A stretch of DNA of 64,000 nucleotides, taken from assembly GCA_964389315.1 (NCBI GenBank), contig CAYMDJ010000001.1:543-64542 (forward strand), written 5' to 3'. The notes under the pieces are model-generated. The model saw nothing but the letters and a program-made list of their open reading frames with translations. It had not been told where the DNA came from and ran no database searches. This document shows, one piece after another, positions 19,967-29,933 of this stretch; the stretch's first letter is position 1, and each line of letters begins with the position of its first letter. A program made the translations under genes and the position numbers. The DNA comes from an uncultured archaeon. Its GTDB lineage: Archaea > Aenigmatarchaeota > Aenigmatarchaeia > QMZP01.

Positions 19967-22003
19967 TTAATTATAGGAGGCGTCTGATATGCACCTCTCC
20001 ATTATTGAGGGGTCTATTATCTGGTGGCAGGCATCGGGATTCTTTTCTGCAAGGGCATTGCATAGTATTCTTATGTCAGGCTCGGTTATGTTTGTGCATA
20101 GTTCATTTTTGCCTGTTGAGGAGGCGAACTCAAGTATGCAGGAATCCCTGCCAGCCTCGCCCAGGAGCATGCATTCCTCAGGGTTGCCACCAATCAGGGC
20201 GAGGCAGTTGGACCTATACCAGTCAAGGTCTATGTAATTGCAGTATTGCATGTTCTTCGTGAGGAAGGCCAGGCAGAACATCTTCTCGTTGATTGGCCTG
20301 CCCCCACACTCCTGAGAGCCTGTCTCGACGCCCTCTCTGCAGAGGGAGGCTTCTTTGCTGCCTTCTATTCCCTCGCAGAAAGAGGTGTTATAATTATCAA
20401 CTGCCATGGCTATATAGTAATTATCATCAACCGTTATCTGCATTGTCTTGCTTGCAGGAGAGCCTGTGCGGCCGCTGGAATCGATGGGTGTGTATTCTAT
20501 CTTTAGAAAGTCTCCCTCCTCCAGTCCGCTAAGTTTTGTCTGGCTTCCCTCTCCGAAAAGTTTGCCGTTAACATACCATCTGTATTCTGATTCTCCTTCT
20601 ATGCTCAGGCCGAAATAAATTCCCTTTGCAGAGACCTGGGAACCCGGGTATAAAATCTTCGGGTTTGTTACTATGCCCCTGGCAAACGGGGGCAGGTCCG
20701 TTATCTTGATGGTTTCTGAATTTACTGGCTCGCCCTCGAGCCCTGTAAAGTCTATCGGATGGTATGCGGCTCTTATCTCGTCGCCATCCTTTACTGGAAC
20801 CAGTGAGAGGTCCAGGGGATTTGAGCGGGCGTTTTCTATGGGCTGGTTGTTCTTATACCAGACAAGTGGGGATATTGGTTCCGGCATCCTCTCAATGTCG
20901 TTCGGTGAGTGGTATTCAGTATGGAGATGGACATAACCGTTATTTGCGTCGAACCGGAGGGAAATGTATGCGCTCGGTCTTTTTGTGTTGGTAAGTAAGC
21001 CATATGTCTTTGTGCTGGTGTTCGTTCCCTGGTATTCGACCATTAAGGATATGTTGTGTATCCCGTCTCCCCTGCAGAAATCGCTTGTTATGAACGTCTC
21101 CGCATACCTTCCATTAGCGGGACGGGGTTCCCATGGTCCATCATCGCAGCGGAACCAAATCCTGTCCATGCTGTCATTGTATTCGGCCCTTATTATGATG
21201 TAATCGTAAAGCGTCATGTTCATGGAATTTTTCTCCTCCTGTGGGAAAATCAGGTCCTTAAGGTTCGGGTTATACAATTCTGTATATGGCTGGTCTGTCT
21301 TGGAGACTGAATAGGATGTGTATTCACCACCAGGTGTTTTGAATGCAAGAGTATTCTCCCCTTCGGAGAGTGAGTCGCTGCTTATGGAAACCGAACCTGA
21401 ATCGTAGCATGTCCATTCCTGCGGATGCTGCTCTGTGCCGTATATGATTTTGTCATGGTTCAGCGCAATCCGCAGCTTGATGCTGTTATTCACTGTATTC
21501 ATGTAAAGATTGATTGGATAATCCTCTGTAAAACCGTAGAGGGTGCTGCCGAGGATCTTGGTGTATTTGAAATGGTCGCTCCCGGATGGGAGGGCCGAGT
21601 TATCAAAGAAAGTGTATGATGTTATGAATTCTGTTATGGTGGCGTTGTTGATGAATTCGATGGAGTTGTTCGTTATCTTAATGTCGCTTTCATTGCTACA
21701 GGGCCCTGCAACGCCCTTGTCAAGGTCATAGCACATATTGTCCCTGAAAACCATCTCGTATAGCGGGGACCATGGCTCGTATTGTGAAATGCATATCCCA
21801 TTGGCTGACTTGTTTATGAGGGAGAATGTGATTGACTGTCCTTGAAAGAGCACATCGAGATTGTTGGGATTCTCTATATCGAGCCATTCATTAATCCCGC
21901 CCCCTGCAGAGCCTGTTTCCGTGGGCAACGGTTGCAGAACATGAAGGAGCATGATGATTATAAGCACGGCCAGTGGAAGCATTGCATACGTGAGCTTATT
22001 CAT
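19967..22003 (-). CDS. Membrane-anchored surface protein with Ig-like segments and C-terminal Cys repeats
   Basis: N-terminal TM; WYKNNQPI and YRWYVNGK Ig-like strands; repeated C-x-x-I...C units at the C-terminus; many N-x-S/T sequons. Confidence 0.75.
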   Translation of the reverse strand: MNKLTYAMLPLAVLIIIMLLHVLQPLPTETGSAGGGINEWLDIENPNNLDVLFQGQSITFSLINKSANGICISQYEPWSPLYEMVFRDNMCYDLDKGVAGPCSNESDIKITNNSIEFINNATITEFITSYTFFDNSALPSGSDHFKYTKILGSTLYGFTEDYPINLYMNTVNNSIKLRIALNHDKIIYGTEQHPQEWTCYDSGSVSISSDSLSEGENTLAFKTPGGEYTSYSVSKTDQPYTELYNPNLKDLIFPQEEKNSMNMTLYDYIIIRAEYNDSMDRIWFRCDDGPWEPRPANGRYAETFITSDFCRGDGIHNISLMVEYQGTNTSTKTYGLLTNTKRPSAYISLRFDANNGYVHLHTEYHSPNDIERMPEPISPLVWYKNNQPIENARSNPLDLSLVPVKDGDEIRAAYHPIDFTGLEGEPVNSETIKITDLPPFARGIVTNPKILYPGSQVSAKGIYFGLSIEGESEYRWYVNGKLFGEGSQTKLSGLEEGDFLKIEYTPIDSSGRTGSPASKTMQITVDDNYYIAMAVDNYNTSFCEGIEGSKEASLCREGVETGSQECGGRPINEKMFCLAFLTKNMQYCNYIDLDWYRSNCLALIGGNPEECMLLGEAGRDSCILEFASSTGKNELCTNITEPDIRILCNALAEKNPDACHQIIDPSIMERCISDASYN

Positions 22004-22943
22004 GCTCTATTATTTGTTTCGAATCTTTAATCACCTTTCCCATTACAGGAACGAATTCTGAAGGACCATATCTTTCTGCATACTCCTTCCAGGGGCCTTC
22101 ACATATCAGATCAAAGCGGCATCTCTTGCACTGGTCGAACTTGGCCTTTCCCTGGGTTTTCCTCAGCCGGTCGAAGTTCCTTGTTATTCTCTTTGCATCG
22201 ATTATCTCTGAAGGTGGCATGTATAGCTCTGAGCAATGCCTCTCATAGCCCTTCATGAAGCAGAAGGGATAGGCCTCTATCATGACAGGAGCCTCGTTCG
22301 AGACCGCAATATCTATTGCATCGTGGACGTATTTCATGACCTCTGATTTCCTGGGCACGAGCAGATTGAAGTTCTTCCATGCGTTGCCTACAGGGTGTAT
22401 GAAGGCCAGCTGGAACTGGTCCACCCTGAGGTCTGTAAATAGCTGGACGATATCCTGGAGGTGCCTGGAGTTTGGCTTGGTTATTACGGAGTTCATTACG
22501 ACTCGCTGCCCGAACTCCTTGAGGTTCCTTATTCCCCGGACCGCCTGGTCAAAGGCGCCGGGAGACCTCGTTATATAGTCATGTATTTCCTGAGTGTGCC
22601 CATGGATTGCAGGGGCGAACTCTGTCACACCCGCCCCGATCAGGCTGCGGACAAAGGGTTTATAGCACAGCCTCCTTCCGTTGGTCTGGATCTGGACGTG
22701 TTCGTATCCGATGTCCCTTGCGTGCCTTATTATCTCACAAAGGTCATTCCTCATGGTTGGTTCTCCGCCTGTAAGGACCACCTCATTTGCGCCGTGCGAG
22801 AAGCCAATCTCGAGGTTCCTCTTGACCTGTTCTGTGGAGAGGTCTCCTAGGTGCTTGTTGTGAGCCTGGGGGCATGAGAGGCAGTTGTTGTTGCAGGAAA
22901 ATCCCACCTTCAGGTCAAGGCGCTTTGTTTTTTCTTTGGCCAT
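21996..22943 (-). CDS. Radical SAM protein, HxsC-like paralog
   Basis: LDLKVGFSCNNNCLSC, LTGGEPT, QTNGR, CKRCRFDLICEG; clearly paralogous to 10198-11106. Confidence 0.85.
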   Translation of the reverse strand: MAKEKTKRLDLKVGFSCNNNCLSCPQAHNKHLGDLSTEQVKRNLEIGFSHGANEVVLTGGEPTMRNDLCEIIRHARDIGYEHVQIQTNGRRLCYKPFVRSLIGAGVTEFAPAIHGHTQEIHDYITRSPGAFDQAVRGIRNLKEFGQRVVMNSVITKPNSRHLQDIVQLFTDLRVDQFQLAFIHPVGNAWKNFNLLVPRKSEVMKYVHDAIDIAVSNEAPVMIEAYPFCFMKGYERHCSELYMPPSEIIDAKRITRNFDRLRKTQGKAKFDQCKRCRFDLICEGPWKEYAERYGPSEFVPVMGKVIKDSKQIIEHE

Positions 22944-23001
22944 GATAATAGTTTGGGTTAGTTTTAAAATACAGGGTGTTCGCCTGATTTTTTAGCCACG
23001 G

Positions 23002-24015
23002 TTAAAATCTGAGCATCCTCCTAAAGGATTCATGCAGCTTGTTTATTAAAAATCTGATGATTTTCCTTTTTTTAAGGACCAGCGGGTTCGATAGTCCGAG
23101 CATGCTCATTGGAAGGAAGGCCTTCTTTCTGAATCTGATCGCTATCATAATCTCAATTAGCTTTATTTTTAGAAACGCGGGCAAGGAAACATTCTTGTAT
23201 CTTGATGTTCCCCCGGTCGATATTATGACCGACCTGCAGAAACCGTGATTAATCATATCATAATACACGAATAGCCTGCTTAGATAGCAATTCGTGTCAA
23301 CCGGATCAATTTCTTTGATGAGGCGCTCTTCCATGACTCGCTTTCCTATAAAGGATGGTGACAGAGCAGGCATGACATGGAGGGGGAAAAGAATCCGTGG
23401 CCGACTGCTTTTTGTGTTTATTTCAATTCCCCTGCAAATGTCATTAATCTCTCGCCTCGGGAGTTCGTAGAAAGCATCACCCTGATCGATGACGAATCCA
23501 GTGACTATTAGTGGTATGTTTTCTCTTGCTGCAATCCTTATAAACTCTTCATATTTGCTTCTGAAGCATACCTTGCACAATCTGTTTTCAAGGCTCTGTC
23601 CTCGCTCGAGAAATTTTTGACGAAGAATTTTTCTTAATCCATCATCCTGGTAGTAAAGGGAATCAAGGCCGAGAATCTCGATTGTTCTCTTGATGTTTTC
23701 AATCGCAGCGGGCGGGAGAAATCCGTTGTCTATAGTCACGGCAAGAACCCTTAATTTGTATTTTCTCGATAGGATATACGCAAGATAGGCGCTGTCCTTT
23801 CCGCCGCTTAACCCAAGCAGACAATGATATTTGTAAGGCCTGCCCTTTATCTTATTTATGGTTTTTTCCCAGTTCTTTCTGTAAAGATTCTTTAGTTTTT
23901 TATCGTCCCTGTGCTCCTTGCAAACGTGGCAGAAGTCGCCCCTGGGTATGCCAGATACGTATGTAGGGATTAGGCATTTCCTGCATTCTTCAGCGGAGTC
24001 TCTCATGATAGACAA
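23002..24015 (-). CDS. N-acetyl sugar amidotransferase-like PP-loop ATPase
   Basis: N-terminal CRKC...CHVC; CLLGLSGGKDS PP-loop; AVTIDNGF; CKVC. Confidence 0.7.
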   Translation of the reverse strand: MSIMRDSAEECRKCLIPTYVSGIPRGDFCHVCKEHRDDKKLKNLYRKNWEKTINKIKGRPYKYHCLLGLSGGKDSAYLAYILSRKYKLRVLAVTIDNGFLPPAAIENIKRTIEILGLDSLYYQDDGLRKILRQKFLERGQSLENRLCKVCFRSKYEEFIRIAARENIPLIVTGFVIDQGDAFYELPRREINDICRGIEINTKSSRPRILFPLHVMPALSPSFIGKRVMEERLIKEIDPVDTNCYLSRLFVYYDMINHGFCRSVIISTGGTSRYKNVSLPAFLKIKLIEIMIAIRFRKKAFLPMSMLGLSNPLVLKKRKIIRFLINKLHESFRRMLRF

Positions 24016-24112
24016 TTTCTTTTGTTATTTAAAACGTCATGCTTAAGTGTCCATGATAAGAAGCTTTGAGTTGGTTTTTTAATGATTGTTGCTCAGAACT
24101 TTAATAGATTGT

Positions 24113-26029
24113 ATGGGAGCCATATTCGGATATGTCGGTTTTGAAGACAACAATCTTGTTAGGAAAATGTCCAGACCAATGAGACATAGGTCAATGGATG
24201 GGTATAGGTATTACAAGAACAAGGACTTGGTCTTTGGCCAGGGGATTTCTAAGATCGGTGCTGATTGCTCTCCTGGACCAATCATAAGCGAGGATGGTGA
24301 TATCGTCCTTCTTTTTGACGGGCGCGTTTTTAGAGCAGATAAAATCAGGTCATCCCTTGAATCAGAAGGGCATGAATTCAAGACCGGTTTTAGCGGAGAG
24401 GTAATCCTTCATTTGTATGAGGAATGTGGGATGAAATTCCTTAACAGGATAAACGGTGATTTTGGGTTCTGTTTGTATGATTCCGGTAAAAGGAAACTTT
24501 TTTTGTGTTCTGATAACTCGGGGTCAAGGCCCATATATTACCATGAAAACGGCAGGGCGCTTGTTTTTGCGTCTGACATTAAACCTATCTTACAGTACGA
24601 TGTGTTTGAGAGGAAACTTGATGAGTACGCATTCAATTTGTTCTTGACCTATCTCTTTCTGCCAACAGAGAAGACCATGTTGCAGGGAATTAGGAGGGTC
24701 ATGCCATCCACTTATGTTGTTTTTGATTCGGGTTCTTTAGAGACCGTTAGATATTTTGAAATAAAAGAGAATATTGACAACACGAAGAGTGAGGAATATT
24801 TCATTAAGAAAACAAGAGCGGGGCTGGAAAGGGCCATAGATGACAGGTTTATTGATGGCGTTCCAATACACATGAGCCTGGGCGGCCTTGATTCCAGTGC
24901 AGTTGTAGGAATCCTCTCATCAAGAGCGGACGTCATCAATACGCATACGATAAGGTTTGATAACGAATTTGATGAGGGCGGGTTTGCAAGAGAGGTTTCG
25001 GAAATGCACGGAACAAGCCATCATGAATTTTATGTTGATGGTGATTCAATAGAGGGCTTTTACAAAAAAATGCTGGCAAATTTCAACTCACCCTCTGTCA
25101 TAAACATGGTTGCAATTAGCCTATATAGTATATTTTCAAAGATGGCTGGTAAGAGGTCGCTTTTTTTCAATGGAGAGGGTGCAGATGAGGTCTTTGGTGG
25201 CTTAAAGAACGAAAGTATGCTAAAATACAGGAGCCTTCTGAATATGCCTAAACCTGTAAGGAATTTTATAAGCAAGTCTTTTATTGCATCGGCCAACGGG
25301 ATGGGGGGTTTTGCTGATTTCATGCGGCTCAATAAGGGCCGGTTTGAGAGATCTACCATCAATGAATATGCTAAATTCCTCAAGGAATTGGTTTCCATGG
25401 ACAGGAGCTATGCGAACCTCACGCCAACCTTTTATTTTGATGGGTATGAAGCCGGTGTAAATTGTGATGGCAAAGACCTGTTTTTATACAGGAAAGGCCT
25501 CAATGACAAGCGTTTTTGTTATGTGAACAGACTAATGAAAATGGACACCGAATCCAGGGCGTATCTTGATGGTTTGGCAAGAAACGAAATAATATGCAGT
25601 TCTCGCGGACTGCTTAACAACTGCCCGTTCCTGGACAAGGAACTGATAATTTTTTCTTTCAAGGTTCCCATGAGGTATAAATTCAGAAGGAATTCAAATA
25701 AAGCGCTTTTGGCGAAGGCCACAAAAAATCTTTTTCCGAAGAGAGATTTGATTGGTAAGGGTTTGTTTACCAGGGGGGCACTTAGTGTTTATAACGACTA
25801 TTTTACTCAAAACCGCTCGCTTTTAGAGAACCTATTTGAGAAATCAGAGGTGTTCAACATGTTCAGAAGGGATTTTCTTGATAAAAACGTCAATCAACTT
25901 GCTAGGAGGTCCAGCGATTGCTTCAGCACAAAGGGTTTTTATAGAATCTCAAAAATACATACGCTGCTCTCGCTTGGTTTATGGTATGAACATTATTTCA
26001 ACGACGAGAAGATAAGCAATTTTTTCTGA
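24113..26029 (+). CDS. Asparagine synthetase B-like amidotransferase lacking the N-terminal Cys
   Basis: MGAIFG start, INGDFGF, SLGGLDSS, GEGADEVFGG, PFLDKE. Confidence 0.8.
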   Translation: MGAIFGYVGFEDNNLVRKMSRPMRHRSMDGYRYYKNKDLVFGQGISKIGADCSPGPIISEDGDIVLLFDGRVFRADKIRSSLESEGHEFKTGFSGEVILHLYEECGMKFLNRINGDFGFCLYDSGKRKLFLCSDNSGSRPIYYHENGRALVFASDIKPILQYDVFERKLDEYAFNLFLTYLFLPTEKTMLQGIRRVMPSTYVVFDSGSLETVRYFEIKENIDNTKSEEYFIKKTRAGLERAIDDRFIDGVPIHMSLGGLDSSAVVGILSSRADVINTHTIRFDNEFDEGGFAREVSEMHGTSHHEFYVDGDSIEGFYKKMLANFNSPSVINMVAISLYSIFSKMAGKRSLFFNGEGADEVFGGLKNESMLKYRSLLNMPKPVRNFISKSFIASANGMGGFADFMRLNKGRFERSTINEYAKFLKELVSMDRSYANLTPTFYFDGYEAGVNCDGKDLFLYRKGLNDKRFCYVNRLMKMDTESRAYLDGLARNEIICSSRGLLNNCPFLDKELIIFSFKVPMRYKFRRNSNKALLAKATKNLFPKRDLIGKGLFTRGALSVYNDYFTQNRSLLENLFEKSEVFNMFRRDFLDKNVNQLARRSSDCFSTKGFYRISKIHTLLSLGLWYEHYFNDEKISNFF

Positions 26030-26049
26030 AGGCCCATTGGGACAACTTC

Positions 26050-27180
26050 CTAAGTCATTTTTTTAATAATGTCCATTGGTCTTGGAGGACAGCCCGGAAC
26101 CCATATAAGGTTATGCTTCCTAGCGAGTTCCCTTGTGCAGTTCCCTACACATACGACCTTGCCGTGCTTCTCTGGGACGTCGCTTTTTCCTGATAGGATG
26201 TCAACCCTCCTGAGGATTCCGTTATAGAAGAATATCGGCCACAATAAAGGGTTTCTCATTATCTGGATATTTAAGTCGATAAGTGCGCGGGTGCAACCCG
26301 AACATGTTTCGTCTGTGAACCAGTAATAGAAGTTGAATTTCCTGTCATGATCTGTCGGTTTCTTGAATTTCATCTTATGCGCAGATAGCTCGTTAAGAAC
26401 TTCCTTTGGGAAGGATATTCGCCTTTTCCCTGAAGCGATTCTGAGGTGCTCTATCTTCATTGGGTCCATTCCCATGAGCATAGAGGACAGGAAATCCACC
26501 TTAAGGGCGTCTGTTCCTATGACAAGCAGGTTTATGTTTTTTACTGGATTGCCTGTAGAACCGGGGCCATTCCCTTCAACGCCGCTAGTTGCATCCACCA
26601 TGGAAAGGTCTGGCTTTATGGCAGAATATAGCTTTGCTATGTTCCTGTGAAGGTCTCTGTGAGAAGACCGCTTTTCCTGAAGTGTCAGGAGCCCTTTCTG
26701 GTTCTTAAGGCAAAGGGTAACCCCTGTTTGTGAATGGGTCTTGAGCTTGGATATGTTTATGTATTCTGAGTTAAGAACCAGTCTCGGTATTGATATCTTG
26801 CGGCCGGCTGCATTGAGGTATATCCTCTCGGTCTCATATAAGTCTACTAGGGCCACGCCGGTCTTTTTGCAGAGTTTCTTGTATCCTGTTTTATTGAAAA
26901 CGTGGCGGGTGTTTTCTGATACAGGACCCTCTCCCACGGCTATTTCATCTATATCAATGTCTTGGAGGTATTCTATAAGACCTTCCACTACCTTTAGGTT
27001 TGTTATGTAAGGTGTCCCGGGGCGGTATTCGCCGACTATGTTAGGCTTTATGAAAACCTTTTTTTTCTTTGGTCTGTAACCAAAACTGGCGAGTGATTCG
27101 TATACGTCTTGTCTGGTTTTCCTTCCTAGTTTGAATATTTCAGGGTTCATGAAATCACTAGATGTTATTATATTTTTCAT
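26050..27180 (-). CDS. DUF362-family Fe-S protein
   Basis: VFIKPN, KLKTHSQTGVTLCLKNQKG, EGNGP; C-terminal CSGC...CVGNC...GCPP. Confidence 0.75.
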   Translation of the reverse strand: MKNIITSSDFMNPEIFKLGRKTRQDVYESLASFGYRPKKKKVFIKPNIVGEYRPGTPYITNLKVVEGLIEYLQDIDIDEIAVGEGPVSENTRHVFNKTGYKKLCKKTGVALVDLYETERIYLNAAGRKISIPRLVLNSEYINISKLKTHSQTGVTLCLKNQKGLLTLQEKRSSHRDLHRNIAKLYSAIKPDLSMVDATSGVEGNGPGSTGNPVKNINLLVIGTDALKVDFLSSMLMGMDPMKIEHLRIASGKRRISFPKEVLNELSAHKMKFKKPTDHDRKFNFYYWFTDETCSGCTRALIDLNIQIMRNPLLWPIFFYNGILRRVDILSGKSDVPEKHGKVVCVGNCTRELARKHNLIWVPGCPPRPMDIIKKMT

Positions 27181-28384
27181 TCATCACAAGCGAATAACAG
27201 AAAGGGACGATTCTGTTGTCTTTTGTCAGCTGCGCGGTCATACACCTTTCTATGTTATCAATATCTAATGTGTATTTATCTGGCCATGACCTGATATAGA
27301 CATTCAGTTCGCGCGGGCTCTTGTTTTTTAGCACTCTTTTTGCTATAAGTTTCAGTGTAATGGCCTTTCTTCTCTTTAATATGTTTCCCAAAAACATCAG
27401 GTTTTTTGACCTTGATTTCTTGAATACCTCAAAATCGATACCCTCTGACAGGAACTCTATCTTTTTGTTGTTTATAAAAATTGTTATTCTCAGTGAGCAG
27501 GGAAGTATTGTGCTATGGTTTTTAATTAACCTTTTTATTTTCTCCTGCAGAACACACTCCAAAAGAAGCTGTTTCTTACCTATATGTATAGCATTGCTTA
27601 ATACTTTTATTATTTCGGACAGGAATATCCTTTCTGGGTTGCCATGCCTTCCGATATGAACGGCGCTTCTTATTCTAAGTTCGTTTATGTTTCTTTTCAT
27701 GAGGCAGAAATCTATGATATTGGGGATTTCTTTTTCATTCCAGTTTTTTATGGCCATGAAAGAAAATATTGTCATTATTTTCGAATGCTTGAGGTTATCC
27801 ATGGCTGCCATCTTGGCAGGGAGGTTGTCTCCTTCTATCTTTTTCATCAATTTCCTGTCAAGCGAATTGATTGACAGATGAACTGCACCGAGGCCTGCAT
27901 CCTTTAGCTTCCCGACATACCCGGGGCTCGAAAGCTTTATACCGTTTGTGAGAAGGCTTACCGTCTTTCCATTTTTTGATGCGAACCTTATTATCTCAGA
28001 AAGTTCTTTCCTCAGGGCAGGTTCGCCGCCAGAGAGCCTTATGTATTTGCCTCCGAATCTTGCTATCTCTGACTTTATATCTTGCAGGCTCTTTTCCTTC
28101 TCCTTTTTTTTCGGAAGATAACAGAAAAAGCAGTTGTTGTTGCAGTCGTGTGTGAGTGTTATGGTCAGGGAATCAAAAAACTTTCTCTTTCCAGGTTTGT
28201 GGTTGAGTATTTCCCTGTATAACCAGGCATCCTTTTCTATAAGCGACCTTGTTTTCCCATGTGAAGGACATGTTTTAACCATATATATCTTTCCACCCTC
28301 TTCTAAGATGTCTGAATCTATTTTTTCCATGCACACCGGGCAAATGCTTGTTGTCTTTTTTAAAGCTTTTATATTAATCACCAA
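27158..28384 (-). CDS. Radical SAM protein of the Tes/MJ0619-like family
   Basis: N-terminal TSICPVC...KTCPSHG; CNNNCFFC; SGGEP; LTNGIKL; C-terminal RC...IVPFC. Confidence 0.7.
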   Translation of the reverse strand: MVINIKALKKTTSICPVCMEKIDSDILEEGGKIYMVKTCPSHGKTRSLIEKDAWLYREILNHKPGKRKFFDSLTITLTHDCNNNCFFCYLPKKKEKEKSLQDIKSEIARFGGKYIRLSGGEPALRKELSEIIRFASKNGKTVSLLTNGIKLSSPGYVGKLKDAGLGAVHLSINSLDRKLMKKIEGDNLPAKMAAMDNLKHSKIMTIFSFMAIKNWNEKEIPNIIDFCLMKRNINELRIRSAVHIGRHGNPERIFLSEIIKVLSNAIHIGKKQLLLECVLQEKIKRLIKNHSTILPCSLRITIFINNKKIEFLSEGIDFEVFKKSRSKNLMFLGNILKRRKAITLKLIAKRVLKNKSPRELNVYIRSWPDKYTLDIDNIERCMTAQLTKDNRIVPFCYSLVMNEKYNNI

Positions 28385-29888
28385 GCGACCGTCTATTAAA
28401 AATTCTTTTCAATGTAAAGTATATATAAAGGCGCGGCAGGCACATCTTCTTCCTTCCGCTGAAATTTATCCTTCTTTTCCTCGATAAGAAATCCCTTGGT
28501 TTCCTTACAACCAACATGAACGTGTAAAGGGGTTTCGGAGGCAGGAACCTGTGGATGTTGTGCCTTATGAGGAATGATGATAGCCTGCCGGGAACCATAT
28601 TCAGGACGTAGAGCGAATTGACAGACTTGGCAAGTTCCCTGTTGAAGGTGTCCCCCTTATGTGTGAAGAAGCTCGTATTCTCTGATTCCTCTATCCTATT
28701 CATCATCTCATCGTCCAGAAGGCCCATCTGCCTTGCTATCTTCACTATCTCTGTCTTGGGGAAATACCTGAGCCAGTATGTCTGGACGAATTCCACGCCG
28801 TTCTCGCTGTAGAACCTGGCCATCTCAAGCACGTCATCGCTCTTCTGCAGCGGGAGGCCTACCATGTTGTCAGTGGTTATGTGTATGCTCTCCTTCTTGA
28901 ACAGCCTTATTGCCTTCCTGGTGTCTTTTGTGGAGCATCTCCTGTTGAGGATGTTTCTTCCCAACTCCTTGTTGTGGGTCTGGACGCCCATCTCGATGGC
29001 CACACAACCTGCTTTTCTAAGCATGGATGCTGTGTCTTCCCTGACATTAGCAGGGTATATCCAGCAAAAGAAGGGGAGGCCAATCTCCTTCCCGTATCTT
29101 TCTGAGAACTCCCTCAGCCAGGCATGGTCGTGATTGAAGGTCTCGTCGTGGAATATTATCTCCCTGAATCCCGCCCTCTTGGCCAGCCTGAGCTCCTCTA
29201 TGACATTGCCTACGCTCCGCCTGCGCAGGTATTTGCCCTTGCCCATGTAAAGCTTCTTCATGTAGGAGTTGTTGCAGTAGGTGCACGAGAACGGGCACCC
29301 CCTACTCGTTATGGTGGTATACCTGTCAAAGAATCTGGGGACTATCTCGCTGAATATGGACTTGTCAGGGAACGGGAGGGAATCGAGGTCTTGTATAAGG
29401 GGCCTTACCGGATTCCTGTATATCTTTCTGCCCTTTTTGGACCAGACGTTGGCTATCCTTCGGGTGGAGCGTCCTGACTCGAGTGCGTCCGTGAGTTCCA
29501 GAAGGGCATGCTCGCCCTCACCTACCACTACGAAATCAACGAAATCCTTCCTTATAACCCGCCCGGGAACGGACGTAGGGTGTATGCCGCCGAACACTAT
29601 CGGGACTTTGGTGTGTTTCTTTATCTCCCTTGCAATCCTGCATGCCCAGGAATAGTTGTCTGATATTACAGAGAAGCACACCAAATCCGGATTAAGTTCC
29701 TTAATCTCTTTTAGCAGGATTTTTTTGAAACCAATGACCCTATGGAGCCACCCGGCCCTTATTACAGAGTCCATGAAGAGCATGGGATCGAAAACGAGCT
29801 CTGTCTGGTGGCCGGCTTGCTTCAGGACCGCTGAGAGATACTCGACCCCCAGGCAGTCTGTCTCCGGGTGCACAAAAACCACCTTCAT
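28374..29888 (-). CDS. B12-binding domain radical SAM protein
   Basis: MKVVFVHP...LGVEYLSAVLK; GGIHPT; VGEGE; TSRGCPFSCTYC. Confidence 0.9.
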   Translation of the reverse strand: MKVVFVHPETDCLGVEYLSAVLKQAGHQTELVFDPMLFMDSVIRAGWLHRVIGFKKILLKEIKELNPDLVCFSVISDNYSWACRIAREIKKHTKVPIVFGGIHPTSVPGRVIRKDFVDFVVVGEGEHALLELTDALESGRSTRRIANVWSKKGRKIYRNPVRPLIQDLDSLPFPDKSIFSEIVPRFFDRYTTITSRGCPFSCTYCNNSYMKKLYMGKGKYLRRRSVGNVIEELRLAKRAGFREIIFHDETFNHDHAWLREFSERYGKEIGLPFFCWIYPANVREDTASMLRKAGCVAIEMGVQTHNKELGRNILNRRCSTKDTRKAIRLFKKESIHITTDNMVGLPLQKSDDVLEMARFYSENGVEFVQTYWLRYFPKTEIVKIARQMGLLDDEMMNRIEESENTSFFTHKGDTFNRELAKSVNSLYVLNMVPGRLSSFLIRHNIHRFLPPKPLYTFMLVVRKPRDFLSRKRRINFSGRKKMCLPRLYIYFTLKRIFNRRSLGD

Positions 29889-29933
29889 CTGACCACTGAT
29901 ATAAGATATAAACGTTTGTTATTAATCTTTAAT

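Noticed and set aside
24113..26029. Lasso peptide cyclase
   Set aside because: No transglutaminase-like B protein, RRE or lasso precursor is seen nearby
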